NCBI GenBank assembly: GCA_049320885.1
Contig: JBMORA010000064.1
Coordinates: 32,001 to 96,000, forward strand
DNA from: Thermodesulfobacteriota bacterium
Lineage (GTDB): Bacteria; Desulfobacterota; Desulfobacteria; Desulfobacterales; SURF-7
Reading direction: 5' to 3'
DNA: 64,000 bases
How positions within the stretch are numbered: the stretch's first letter is position 1; each line of letters begins with the position of its first letter. Under the pieces are notes generated by a model. The model was given only the letters and a program-made list of their open reading frames with translations. It had not been told where the DNA came from and ran no database searches. Of this stretch, positions 19,925 through 29,443 are shown piece by piece. Made by a program: the position numbers and the translations under genes.

Positions 19925-21985
19925 ATGACAACCAAAGCCAATTCCATGCTTCAGCAACACCTGATGGCTGTCAAGGAAAAAAAGCGCGTTTTTGAGAATG
20001 CGTTTCAAGGCATCACCCGCATGATTTTAGGGGATAAAATCGAAAAAGTCGTTGTCAACGGAAAAACAACATATGATTTCGCGCTGTTCCGAAGAGGGAA
20101 AAAACACATTGTCGGTATGTATGACGAACTGAACAGCTTCGTTTCGTATGTGAAAGACGCCGCCGAAGGCGGCTCATCCAAGGAGATGGCGTTTGTTCTA
20201 GTAGGAGAGCCGGGCAACGGGAAGACATTTTTTGTGGACTACCTGTGCGGCAAATACCGTGAATTCCTGTCCGTGGAGGTAAACCGTAAGTATTCATTCC
20301 GATTTAACAATCTCGACAAATTGGGGCACTACGGCAAAATTCGGACCATTGAGTCGCAGACCTATGAGGATCCGATGATTTTGGCCATGAACCTGTTCGA
20401 TTCAGCCGACGACAATCGACATTTCCTAACGGAACGGATCGGATTTACGGATGCGGAAACGGAGAAATTCTATGACAACTATCGGCCTTTGGGAGCCTGC
20501 AGCGGCTATATCTGGAACGACATCCGTCAATATACTGACGGAAACCTGGACAAAATGCTTGAATTCGTCGAAATCATACCGGTACCCCTGACGGAGAGTC
20601 TGGGGACGGTGACCGGGAAGTACCCGGCAAAGGACAAAATCACCTCGTCCGCCGTCGACTTGCTGGGAGAGGAATCCATCCAACGGTTGTTGCATATCAC
20701 CGACACCAATAATCCCTATCGTTTTGATTTGCGTCGGGGAGCCTTGGCGCGGGTGGCGGGAGGCGGCATCCACTTCAGTGATGAAATTTATAAAAACAAA
20801 AAAGATTTGGTGCAGGTATATCTGGGCGTGATCCAGAACCGCAACATCGAGATCGACGGTTACAAATGGCCCATTGACACATTGATCGTCGCGACCAGCA
20901 ATAATTCGGAGTTCAACCGTTTCCTGGCGGAGAAGGAGGAGGCGCCCATCGTAGACCGCTGTCGGATTTGTTATGTATCCCATAACACCAACTACCGGTT
21001 GCAGAGTGAATTGACGGCATACGCCATCGGTAATGAAACCAAGACGACGCTGAACATGGAGGTCCTGCACCAGGATCCGAATTTGAATTACGCTTCATCC
21101 ATTGCTGTGGTGCTGACCAGGCTGGCGCATTCGGAAAAATTGACGCCCATTGAAACCATGAAACTGGCGGCCGGGGAGGTGGCTGGCGAAAAGAGCATCA
21201 AGACTTTGGCTGAGGTTATTGACACCCTCAATCAGGACCCCGATATCACGAAACGATTCGGACAAAAGGGAATGGGACAGCGCAACCTGGGTAGGGCAAT
21301 CCAGCTGATGATCGAAAGCTCGGAAACCAATGAAGGGCGTTGCATGTTCGCTTTCGATATTTTCAAGACAATGGAGCGGGTGATCCTGGACTATGTGGTG
21401 GACGCCAATGACAGGGCCAAATATCTGGATGACCTGAAAATCGCCAAGGGGTTGTATCGGGAACGGATCATGACGGAAATGTTCAATGCCTACATGGACG
21501 AGCCCCATGCAATCCGTAAGGATGTCATGAACTACGTCAATATGATCATCGGCATCGATGCCGAGAATCTGGGGCCGGATAAAATGTGGAAATTCAAGGA
21601 CCCCCAGACCGGAGAGCTCAAGGCCCTGAAAATCGACGAACGCTATATCAACAGCGTGGATGAACGCCTGGGCCTGAAAACCCAGGAACAACGGGAAACC
21701 TTCCGTACCTCGATTCGGAAAATATATGGGCAGAAAATTTCCGTGGATCCGAATTACGATTTTATGGACAACCTCGAGCTGGTAAAAGCGGTGACCGATG
21801 TCCGTCTCAAATCGGACATCGCCGGCGCCGGAAGTCTGATCGGCGCCCTGGCAAACCGCACCAACGAGGAAAACCAGAAACTCTACGACCGGATGATCGA
21901 CACCATGCTGACCAAACTCCATTACTGCAACACCTGTGCTCAGAAAACCATCGAATATTTCTGCAGCCAGGAAGATGAGATGTAG
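19925..21985 (+). CDS. prkA: PrkA/YeaG family AAA+ serine protein kinase
   Basis: GEPGNGKT Walker A, IHFSDE Walker B, LIVATSNNSE, DRCRICYV; GGAGG RBS before MTTKANS. Confidence 0.9.
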   Translation: MTTKANSMLQQHLMAVKEKKRVFENAFQGITRMILGDKIEKVVVNGKTTYDFALFRRGKKHIVGMYDELNSFVSYVKDAAEGGSSKEMAFVLVGEPGNGKTFFVDYLCGKYREFLSVEVNRKYSFRFNNLDKLGHYGKIRTIESQTYEDPMILAMNLFDSADDNRHFLTERIGFTDAETEKFYDNYRPLGACSGYIWNDIRQYTDGNLDKMLEFVEIIPVPLTESLGTVTGKYPAKDKITSSAVDLLGEESIQRLLHITDTNNPYRFDLRRGALARVAGGGIHFSDEIYKNKKDLVQVYLGVIQNRNIEIDGYKWPIDTLIVATSNNSEFNRFLAEKEEAPIVDRCRICYVSHNTNYRLQSELTAYAIGNETKTTLNMEVLHQDPNLNYASSIAVVLTRLAHSEKLTPIETMKLAAGEVAGEKSIKTLAEVIDTLNQDPDITKRFGQKGMGQRNLGRAIQLMIESSETNEGRCMFAFDIFKTMERVILDYVVDANDRAKYLDDLKIAKGLYRERIMTEMFNAYMDEPHAIRKDVMNYVNMIIGIDAENLGPDKMWKFKDPQTGELKALKIDERYINSVDERLGLKTQEQRETFRTSIRKIYGQKISVDPNYDFMDNLELVKAVTDVRLKSDIAGAGSLIGALANRTNEENQKLYDRMIDTMLTKLHYCNTCAQKTIEYFCSQEDEM

Positions 21986-22048
21986 TCCGGGGCGGCGTAA
22001 TGAATTGCCGGCCATGGTGATAGAGCAAAGCGCAGGGGAAGTGTCCAT

Positions 22049-23452
22049 ATGAATCAGGAAGAACTTCAAAAATACTACAACGAAATCAAGTCCCGCGGGC
22101 TTTCTTCCGAAAGGGAAACCATTCTTCTGGAAGAGCTGCGATCCGCGGTGACCCATGAGGAGGGGATGTCCCCGCGGCGATTATCGGTTGGTTCGGATTC
22201 GGTGAAAGACCGGTTTTCCGCCTCTTCCGGAATCTACGGGATGAACGATCCGGAAGTCCTGCAGGCGTTAACCGCGCCCGTCGCGCCTTATACAACCGCC
22301 CTGAAGTCCATCGATGAACTTCTGGAACGCGATAAAAAGCGGGAGGAGGACGGGTTCCCCCGTAAAATCCGGGTGGGACGGCTTCTTAAACCGGGAAAGG
22401 GCCGCCAGGGCAGCGTGGTGGTCGTGCCTACCACCGTGGAGGAAAAATTCATTCACGACCCCTCTTCGGAAGATGACCAAGAAGATACCATGGGGGGGGC
22501 GGGGGAAGGTGAGGAAGGCGAAGTTATCGGCGAACAACCGATCCATGCGCCGGACATGCCGGGAAGCGAAGGCCCCGGGGAAGGGGAAGGCGGCGCCCAT
22601 GAATTGGAATCCAGCGCCTACGATCTGGGCAAGATATTGACGGAGAAATTTCAACTACCCAATCTTAAGGACAAGGGCAGCAAACGTTCCGTGATTCGTT
22701 ATACATACGATATGACGGATAAGAACAGGGGCTTCGGGCAGATTCTTGACAAAAAAGCGACCCTGCGGAAAATTCTGGAAACCAACATGAGCCTTGGGAA
22801 AGTACCGGATGTGGGTGATATCGATCCCACCGGTTTCCTGATATCTCCGTCCGACAAGATTTACCGGGTACTTTCCCGTGAAAAGGATTATGAATCCCAG
22901 GCGGTGGTGTTTTTCGTCCGGGATTATTCCGGCTCCATGGCCGGCAAGGCCACAACAGTGGTGGTCGCCCAACATATTCTGATTTACAGCTGGCTGCTCT
23001 ATCAATATTCCATGCAGGTGGAATCCCGCTTCATTCTTCACGATACGGACGCCAAGGAAGTGCCGGATTTCTACACCTATTACAATTCCAAAGTGGCTGG
23101 AGGCACCAAAGTCGCGTCCGGATTCCGGCTGGTGAACGAGATCATTGAAAAGGAAAACCTGGCGAGGGAATACAATATCTACATCTTCCACGGAACGGAC
23201 GGCGATGATTGGGACACGGACGGGAAGGAAACCGTGCCGGAGCTGAAAAAATCCCTGGCCTACGCCAACCGAACCGGAATATCCATCGCCAGGCACAGTT
23301 ACGGCGGCCAAAGTGAAAGCGAGGTGGAAAAATACCTGAAAAGTTCGGGGCTTCTGAATGAAAAAGCCAACCTGCTGCGGCTGGATGTCATGCCGGAGGA
23401 TGCGGACGAACCGCGGCTGATTGAAGGGATCAAACATCTGATTTCCGAATAA
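22049..23452 (+). CDS. DUF444 family (YeaH/YhbH) vWA-like protein
   Basis: Gly/Glu-rich linker, LPNLKDK, AVVFFVRDYSGSM (MIDAS-like), GGTKVASG, IYIFHGTDGDDW. Confidence 0.9.
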   Translation: MNQEELQKYYNEIKSRGLSSERETILLEELRSAVTHEEGMSPRRLSVGSDSVKDRFSASSGIYGMNDPEVLQALTAPVAPYTTALKSIDELLERDKKREEDGFPRKIRVGRLLKPGKGRQGSVVVVPTTVEEKFIHDPSSEDDQEDTMGGAGEGEEGEVIGEQPIHAPDMPGSEGPGEGEGGAHELESSAYDLGKILTEKFQLPNLKDKGSKRSVIRYTYDMTDKNRGFGQILDKKATLRKILETNMSLGKVPDVGDIDPTGFLISPSDKIYRVLSREKDYESQAVVFFVRDYSGSMAGKATTVVVAQHILIYSWLLYQYSMQVESRFILHDTDAKEVPDFYTYYNSKVAGGTKVASGFRLVNEIIEKENLAREYNIYIFHGTDGDDWDTDGKETVPELKKSLAYANRTGISIARHSYGGQSESEVEKYLKSSGLLNEKANLLRLDVMPEDADEPRLIEGIKHLISE

Positions 23453-23475
23453 TTAACGGCCTGGAAGGATGTTGA

Positions 23476-25122
23476 ATGGAGCTGATCGACCAACATACCA
23501 AAAAGATCATGGAAGGTTGCAAGGAACGCGCAAGAGACGCCGGGTTGCATTTCGAGAATGAAACCCTCGAGTACATCGTCACCAACCGCGACCTGTTGGA
23601 GCTGTCCCCCAAACTGATGATACCGACGCTTTATGATTACTGGGTTCATGATGTGGAAGTCATCAAGGAAAAGCGGCGCTATGAATTGTATCCGAACAAT
23701 CCCTACGAGACGGTGATCAATACCCGCCCGGCGATTTCATTCTACAATGACAACAATCCCGACTGGCTTAACGTGATGATTTTCTATCATGTCATCGGTC
23801 ATATCGACTTTTTCCAAAACAACTTATACTATCGCCATACCTGGGATTATGATTTCAACGGACAGGCTCTGTCGGACAAGCGTCTGATCGCCCGGTTGCG
23901 CTCGGAAAAGGGACGGTGGGTGGATTATGTCATCGAATTCGCCAGGAGCATAGACAATATCGTCGGCTACCACGGCGAACTCGCCAGATTGGACCGGCCG
24001 GCTCCTTCGGAGTCGTCGCGGCGTCTCGATTTTTACTTTGATGTGTTTCTGCAAACCGAAAAAAAAGCGAAAATCCATGAGTACATCAAGGAAATCGAAC
24101 GCTACAATGAATTCAAACGGACACTGGGAAGCCTGGGCGAGAAGGCATTTTTTTCATCCATTGTGACCAAACATCCTGAATTTGAAGCGCTCTTTGAAAA
24201 AAGCCTGGAGAAAAAGCCCCAGCGTCCTTTGGATTTGCTTCAATTTCTGATGGACCATTCCCCGCATTTAAACAGAGAAGAGAATGTCTGGATGAAATCG
24301 GTTCTATCCGTGGTGCGCAAAACGTCGATTTTTTTTCAGCCGCAAATCCGTACCAAGATCATGAACGAGGGGTGGGCCAGCTATTGGCATGAAATCCTTT
24401 TTCTGCAGGATGACCGCATCAAAGGCCATGAAGTCGATTTCGCCCGCGTGAACGCCGGCGTGACGGCCATGCCGCGGGTGGGGCTGAATCCCTACGCCCT
24501 CGGCATGCGGCTTTTTTATCACCTGGAAGAAATCGGCGATAAGGGAAAATATGATCTCGATTTCCGTGAGTTGCGCGGTATCAGAGAACGCGAGGATTTT
24601 AACCGGAAAACAGGCCAGGGCCGGGATTTTATCTTTACGATTCGACGGAACCTTTGCGATTATTTGTTTATCAGCGATTTCATCGACCAGGATTTCGTGA
24701 ATCGTCACAAGTTGTTCGTAGCTGGCAGACGCCTGAACCAGAATCGCGCGGTGTATGAGTACTATGTCAAAAGCCGAAACGCGGAGGATTACCGGCAGAT
24801 GTTGATGGAAGCTATGTACCATCCACCGTATATCACCGTCGATGAAAAGAAAAGTGAGCACAATCTGTATATAGTGCATCATTTTGAAGGCAAAGCGCTG
24901 GTGAGGAATTATATCGCCAATACCATGCTGGGCATCGAATATCTGTGGGGCGCCCCGGTGCATCTGGAAACAAGTGAGCCGGCAGCGACCCAGGGGGCCG
25001 GTCAGCCGGTCTATCCCTTTGGAACCTCTGTCGCCAAAAGCAGCGACAAGCCCGAACCCAAAAAATGGCAGCGGGTCCTCTATACCATGGAAAACCGCAA
25101 GCTATCAAAGAAAGTACTGTAA
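23476..25122 (+). CDS. spoVR: SpoVR/YcgB family protein
   Basis: PYETVINTRP, HVIGHIDFFQNN, PQIRTKIMNEGWASYWH, LNPYALG. Confidence 0.92.
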   Translation: MELIDQHTKKIMEGCKERARDAGLHFENETLEYIVTNRDLLELSPKLMIPTLYDYWVHDVEVIKEKRRYELYPNNPYETVINTRPAISFYNDNNPDWLNVMIFYHVIGHIDFFQNNLYYRHTWDYDFNGQALSDKRLIARLRSEKGRWVDYVIEFARSIDNIVGYHGELARLDRPAPSESSRRLDFYFDVFLQTEKKAKIHEYIKEIERYNEFKRTLGSLGEKAFFSSIVTKHPEFEALFEKSLEKKPQRPLDLLQFLMDHSPHLNREENVWMKSVLSVVRKTSIFFQPQIRTKIMNEGWASYWHEILFLQDDRIKGHEVDFARVNAGVTAMPRVGLNPYALGMRLFYHLEEIGDKGKYDLDFRELRGIREREDFNRKTGQGRDFIFTIRRNLCDYLFISDFIDQDFVNRHKLFVAGRRLNQNRAVYEYYVKSRNAEDYRQMLMEAMYHPPYITVDEKKSEHNLYIVHHFEGKALVRNYIANTMLGIEYLWGAPVHLETSEPAATQGAGQPVYPFGTSVAKSSDKPEPKKWQRVLYTMENRKLSKKVL

Positions 25123-25166
25123 TCCGAAGTGCAATGAATGATCAGATATTTCATCCATGAGGCTCC

Positions 25167-27476
25167 ATGAGCGATCAGCAGAATCAGAAAAATATCGACA
25201 AGGCGATTCAAAACCTGAACAACAGCATGAGCGAGAGGGAACAGCGGTCGCCTATATCCTTCGAGGAATTTTTAAAAATCCTGGCCGTTCAGCCGGCCAC
25301 GGTCATGAGGAATATTTTCCAGGTGTTTCACGATATGCTGAAACACTATATCGGCGGAGGGATTGACGAATATCCCGATGACCCGGAATCCATCAATTAC
25401 GTGTACTACGACTGCGCCCCTCTTTTCGTCGACGGGGCGGACCGGCCCTTCTTCGCCGACCGGTTGTTCGCCAACCGGTTAGTCAATCTGGCCGAATCCT
25501 TCAAACGGGGGGCCCAACAAAACAAGATCCATATTTTCGAGGGGCCGCCTGGTTGCGGAAAAAGCACTTTCCTGAACAATCTCTTGCGTAAATTCGAGGA
25601 GTACACCCATTCCGAAAACGGTACGCGCTACGAGACCGTCTGGCGCATCGACCGCAGCCTTTTGGGGGGATATTTGGAGCAGGAAATCAACCCCGGAATC
25701 GAAAAGCTGCTGCAGTTGCTGGATAATTCAGGTAAAAGCGTCAAAGAGATGAGCAATTCCTCCCAGACCGACACCGCCGCCGGCGACTATCTGGAGATTG
25801 CCTGCCCCAGCCACGACAACCCCATTCTGATGATTCCCAAGCATTTTCGGCGTGCTTTTTTCGACGATCTCTTTCGCAACGATGAGTTCAAATGGAAACT
25901 GTCCACGGAAAAGGAATATGATTGGATCTTCCGGGATGTCCCCTGCACTATCTGCAGTTCCCTTTACAGTGCGCTGCTGGGAAAACTCAACAGCCCCCTT
26001 CAGGTTTTCCGGCAGATTTTCGCCCAACCCTATCAGTTCAACAGACGCCTGGGCAAAGGGATCAGTGTTTTCAACCCCGGTGACCGGCCCATGCGGGAAA
26101 CCATCCTGACCAATCCGATTCTCCAGCGCCGGATCAATTCCCTGTTACGGGACAGCAACCAGGTCGCTTACATTTATTCCCGTCACGCCAAAACCAACAA
26201 CGGCATTTATGCCCTCATGGATATCAAATCCCACAACACCGACCGACTCATAGAACTTCACAACATCATCAGTGAAGGCGTTCATAAAGTCGAGGATATC
26301 GAAGAAAACGTCAATTCCCTGTTTCTGGCGGTGATGAATCCGGAAGACAAACCGAACATCCAGGAATTCCAGTCTTTTCTAGATCGGATCGAGTATATTA
26401 CCATTCCCTATGTCATGGAACTCGATACGGAGGTTCAGATTTACCGGAATACGTTCGGCAGTCATATCGACGCCAATTTCCTTCCGAGGGTGCTGGAAAA
26501 TTTCGCGCGCGCCATCATTTCCTCCCGGCTGAACGAGAAGTCGGAAGCGCTTCTGGAGTGGATCGGAGATCCGGATAAGTACAAACTCTACTGCGACAAG
26601 AACCTCATGTTATTAAAGATGGAAATCTACAGCGGAAGAATTCCGGCCTGGCTTTTGGAAGAAGACCGCAAACGATTCACGGCAAAAAGAAGGCGGAATA
26701 TCATCGATGAGTCCGAAAAAGAAGGGGGCAGCGGCATCTCGGGACGTGATTCCATCAAGATTTTCAATGAATTCTATTCCACTTACGGCAAGGAAGACAA
26801 TCTCATCAACATGTCGATGCTGTGCCAGTTTTTTCACAAACTCCGAAAAAGCGGCGAGACTTCCATACCGGAAGGGTTCCTGGAATCGTTGCTCCAGATG
26901 TATGACTACACCGTACTCCAGGAAGTGAAAGAGGCGCTGTACTTTTACAACGAGGAGCAGATTTCACGAAATCTGCAGAATTATATTTTTGCGGTCAATT
27001 TCGAACCAGGGGCTGTTGAGACCAGCAGCTATACAAAGGACCGCATCGAGATCTCCGAGGAATGGTTTGAAAGCATCGAAGCCAAACTGATGGGAGCCGG
27101 CCAGGACAAGGGACGGCACTACATGTTCCGCAAAGAAATCCAGAAAACCTATACTTCCCGGACTTTGACCCAGGAAATAATCCTGGAAGGCAAAAGGCTG
27201 ACGGAAACAGCTCTGTATGGGGATCTGCGGGAACGCTATATCCACAATTTAAAAGAGAAAGTTCTCGATCCCTTCCTCAAGAATGAAAATTTCCGCCGCG
27301 CCATCAAAGATTTTGACAAGGAGGAATTCAAAACCTACGATTCCAAAATTCAGGAAGATGTCAATCTGCTGATGGAAAATCTGTACACCCGCTTTGCTTA
27401 CTCCAAAAAAGGCGCGCAGGAGATCTGCATTTATGTGATCGACAACGATCTGGCGAAACGATTTGCCGGGAATTAG
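25167..27476 (+). CDS. Second, divergent PrkA-family AAA+ protein
   Basis: EGPPGCGKST Walker A, CPSHDNP, CTICSS, FLDRIEYITIPY, EGGSGISGR, YSKKGAQEICIYV. Confidence 0.85.
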   Translation: MSDQQNQKNIDKAIQNLNNSMSEREQRSPISFEEFLKILAVQPATVMRNIFQVFHDMLKHYIGGGIDEYPDDPESINYVYYDCAPLFVDGADRPFFADRLFANRLVNLAESFKRGAQQNKIHIFEGPPGCGKSTFLNNLLRKFEEYTHSENGTRYETVWRIDRSLLGGYLEQEINPGIEKLLQLLDNSGKSVKEMSNSSQTDTAAGDYLEIACPSHDNPILMIPKHFRRAFFDDLFRNDEFKWKLSTEKEYDWIFRDVPCTICSSLYSALLGKLNSPLQVFRQIFAQPYQFNRRLGKGISVFNPGDRPMRETILTNPILQRRINSLLRDSNQVAYIYSRHAKTNNGIYALMDIKSHNTDRLIELHNIISEGVHKVEDIEENVNSLFLAVMNPEDKPNIQEFQSFLDRIEYITIPYVMELDTEVQIYRNTFGSHIDANFLPRVLENFARAIISSRLNEKSEALLEWIGDPDKYKLYCDKNLMLLKMEIYSGRIPAWLLEEDRKRFTAKRRRNIIDESEKEGGSGISGRDSIKIFNEFYSTYGKEDNLINMSMLCQFFHKLRKSGETSIPEGFLESLLQMYDYTVLQEVKEALYFYNEEQISRNLQNYIFAVNFEPGAVETSSYTKDRIEISEEWFESIEAKLMGAGQDKGRHYMFRKEIQKTYTSRTLTQEIILEGKRLTETALYGDLRERYIHNLKEKVLDPFLKNENFRRAIKDFDKEEFKTYDSKIQEDVNLLMENLYTRFAYSKKGAQEICIYVIDNDLAKRFAGN

Positions 27477-27510
27477 CGATCGAAGGGCGCCTGCTATCAA
27501 CTGAAGCAGC

Positions 27511-29178
27511 TTACGCTTTTTTCCGCAGCGGCCGGATGGTGGCGGCGATCAAGAGGATCAGCCCCATCGGCAGCATGCCGGTTGCAGAAACTTCCGTGCT
27601 GGTGGAGGCGATGAAGCAACCGCCGCCGCCCGAGCCGCCTTCCTCCGCCGCAGGAGCCTGTGCCGTCGAGGCCTGGGTGCGGGTGGTTTCCGTCCCTTCC
27701 CCGAAGGAGGCGGGATCGGCGGTCAGGGCCCGATAGGCGTTGACCCGGCCGGAAGTCAGGTTGGCGCCGGAAAGGCCGGCCGCCACATCCACGGTATTCA
27801 TGATCTGGTCCTTCACCTGGGCCGGTGTCCACAAGGGATAGCGGGCGAAAATCAAGGCCGCCGTGGCCGCCACCATGGGCGCGGAGAAGGAGGTGCCCTG
27901 GGTTTCGCCGTAGCCGTTGTCCAGCAGGGTGGTGACGATGTTCTGACCCGGGGCGGACACGTCCACCCAGTCGCCGAAGTTGGAGAACCAGGATTTGCCG
28001 TCATTCTTGTCCGTGGCGCCCACGGAGATCAGGCCGGGGATATCGTAGGCCGCCGGGTACACCAGGGAGCCCGAGCCTTCGTTGCCGGCGCTGCAGACGA
28101 TCAGGACCCCCTTGCTCGCGGCGTATTCCAGGGCCGCCTTGTAGCTGTTGCTGTAGCGATCGCTGCCCGAACTGATGTTGATCACCCGGGCGCCGTTGTC
28201 CGCGGCATAGATCACGCCCTTGGCCACATGGGAGGAGCTCAGCACCGCGTTGCCTTCGGTGTTCATGTACCCGGCGCGGATGAGCATCACCCGGCTCTTG
28301 CCGGCGATGCCGGCGATGCCGATGCCGTTGCCGGTGGTGGCGCCGATGATGCCCTGGACCCGGTTGCCGTGGGAGGAGAGCCGGAAGGTGGGGTCGTTGT
28401 CCTCATCGCGGTAATCGTTGGCCGGTTCCTCGAGGCCCACCGGCTGGTTGACGAAATCCCAGCCCGTGATATCGTCCACGTAGCCGTTGCGGTCGTCGTC
28501 CACGCCGTTGTTCTCGATTTCCCCCGGATTGCGCCAGAGGTTGGCCTGGAGGTCTTCATGGGTCAGGTCGAAGCCCATGTCGATGACCGCCACGATGATG
28601 TCGCTGCTGCCCGCTTCCACTTCCCAGGCCTTGGTGACGGCCATGCCGAAGCCGCCTGTTTCCGGATTGTCCAGGCTCCATTGCCGGGGAAAGAGCTCGT
28701 CGTTGGGGAAATCCAGGGTTTCATTATCGTAATTGGGCTCACAGGTGTTGACCAGGGGGTTCTTCTTCAGCTCGGCCACCATTGCCGTCACGTCTGCGCC
28801 CGGCGGCAGGATCAGGACATAATATTGAATGGCGTCGATTTGCTCATGGACCGTCAGGCCGTGGTCCTGGATCAGGGCGGCGATATCGGCCGGATGGGCA
28901 TCGGCCTGGAAACGGACCACCACCTGTCCGTCCACGAAGCCGCCGGCTTCATCTGCCCGGGCTCCGGGGCTCGTGAAAAGCAGACACAGAACCAGCATGG
29001 CCTGTCCGACCATGGAGCGCCATTTTTTGAGCTGTTTTCCCAGGGTTTTTTCCGAAAGACCCAGCATTCTGGCGGCGGCGCTCTTGTCGCCGCCGGTGCG
29101 TTTGAGCGCCTCCTGAATGAGCATCCGGGTGATGGTTTCGATGGTCGGAAGTTTGTCGGTGAAGGTGATGGTTGCCAT
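27511..29178 (-). CDS. S8 family subtilase with N-terminal Fis-type HTH, signal peptide, prodomain and Gly-Cys (CFI-type) C-terminal anchor
   Basis: Triad VAVIDMG / SHGNRVQG / GTSFSAP, oxyanion SAGNEG, DDDRNGYVDDITGWDF Ca loop; N-terminal IQEALKRTGGDKSAAARMLGLSEKTL; C-terminal GGGGCFIAS-TM-RKKA; GGGGGA RBS before ATG 29178. Confidence 0.9.
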   Translation of the reverse strand: MATITFTDKLPTIETITRMLIQEALKRTGGDKSAAARMLGLSEKTLGKQLKKWRSMVGQAMLVLCLLFTSPGARADEAGGFVDGQVVVRFQADAHPADIAALIQDHGLTVHEQIDAIQYYVLILPPGADVTAMVAELKKNPLVNTCEPNYDNETLDFPNDELFPRQWSLDNPETGGFGMAVTKAWEVEAGSSDIIVAVIDMGFDLTHEDLQANLWRNPGEIENNGVDDDRNGYVDDITGWDFVNQPVGLEEPANDYRDEDNDPTFRLSSHGNRVQGIIGATTGNGIGIAGIAGKSRVMLIRAGYMNTEGNAVLSSSHVAKGVIYAADNGARVINISSGSDRYSNSYKAALEYAASKGVLIVCSAGNEGSGSLVYPAAYDIPGLISVGATDKNDGKSWFSNFGDWVDVSAPGQNIVTTLLDNGYGETQGTSFSAPMVAATAALIFARYPLWTPAQVKDQIMNTVDVAAGLSGANLTSGRVNAYRALTADPASFGEGTETTRTQASTAQAPAAEEGGSGGGGCFIASTSTEVSATGMLPMGLILLIAATIRPLRKKA

Positions 29179-29218
29179 GGTGATTCCCCCTGTTGTTGTG
29201 AGCGTTGGCCGGTAATAG

Positions 29219-29234
29219 AGCAAGGGGGGTGCCA
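29219..29234 (-). promoter_or_regulatory. Sigma54 (-24/-12) promoter of the HTH-subtilase gene
   Basis: Minus strand TGGCACCCCCCTTGCT = TGGCAC-N5-TTGCT consensus, about 40 nt upstream of the ATG. Confidence 0.8.
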
Positions 29235-29311
29235 CGAGCCGATACTTTGGTATCGATTTGAATTGTAAGGATTTATTCGTCGTCAGAGGGGGTTTTGAAA
29301 AACCGCTGACC

Positions 29312-29331
29312 CGGCAACCCAGGTTGCGGGG
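29312..29331. promoter_or_regulatory. Palindromic candidate enhancer (UAS) copy 1
   Basis: CGGCAACCCAGGTTGCGGGG (GCAAC-N4-GTTGC), about 105-120 bp upstream of the predicted start site. Confidence 0.6.
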
Positions 29332-29351
29332 AAAGGGCCGGGGCCGCAGAC

Positions 29352-29385
29352 AAAAGCCCGCCCGGCAAGGATCTGCCGGACGGGC
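29352..29385 (-). terminator. Intrinsic terminator after tonB
   Basis: Minus strand GCCCGTCCGGCA-GATCCT-TGCCGGGCGGGC-TTTT. Confidence 0.65.
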
Positions 29386-29399
29386 AAGCAAGGTTCACA

Positions 29400-29419
29400 C
29401 GGCAACTTATGTTGCGGGG
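29400..29419. promoter_or_regulatory. Palindromic candidate enhancer (UAS) copy 2
   Basis: CGGCAACTTATGTTGCGGGG, identical to copy 1 except the 4-nt spacer, 88 bp away. Confidence 0.6.
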
Positions 29420-29443
29420 GTTTTGGAAAAGGGGGAAAAAACG

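Noticed and set aside
29179..29391. N-terminal 71-aa extension of the subtilase ORF in the track
   Set aside because: Covers the promoter, palindrome and terminator; the RBS supports ATG 29178
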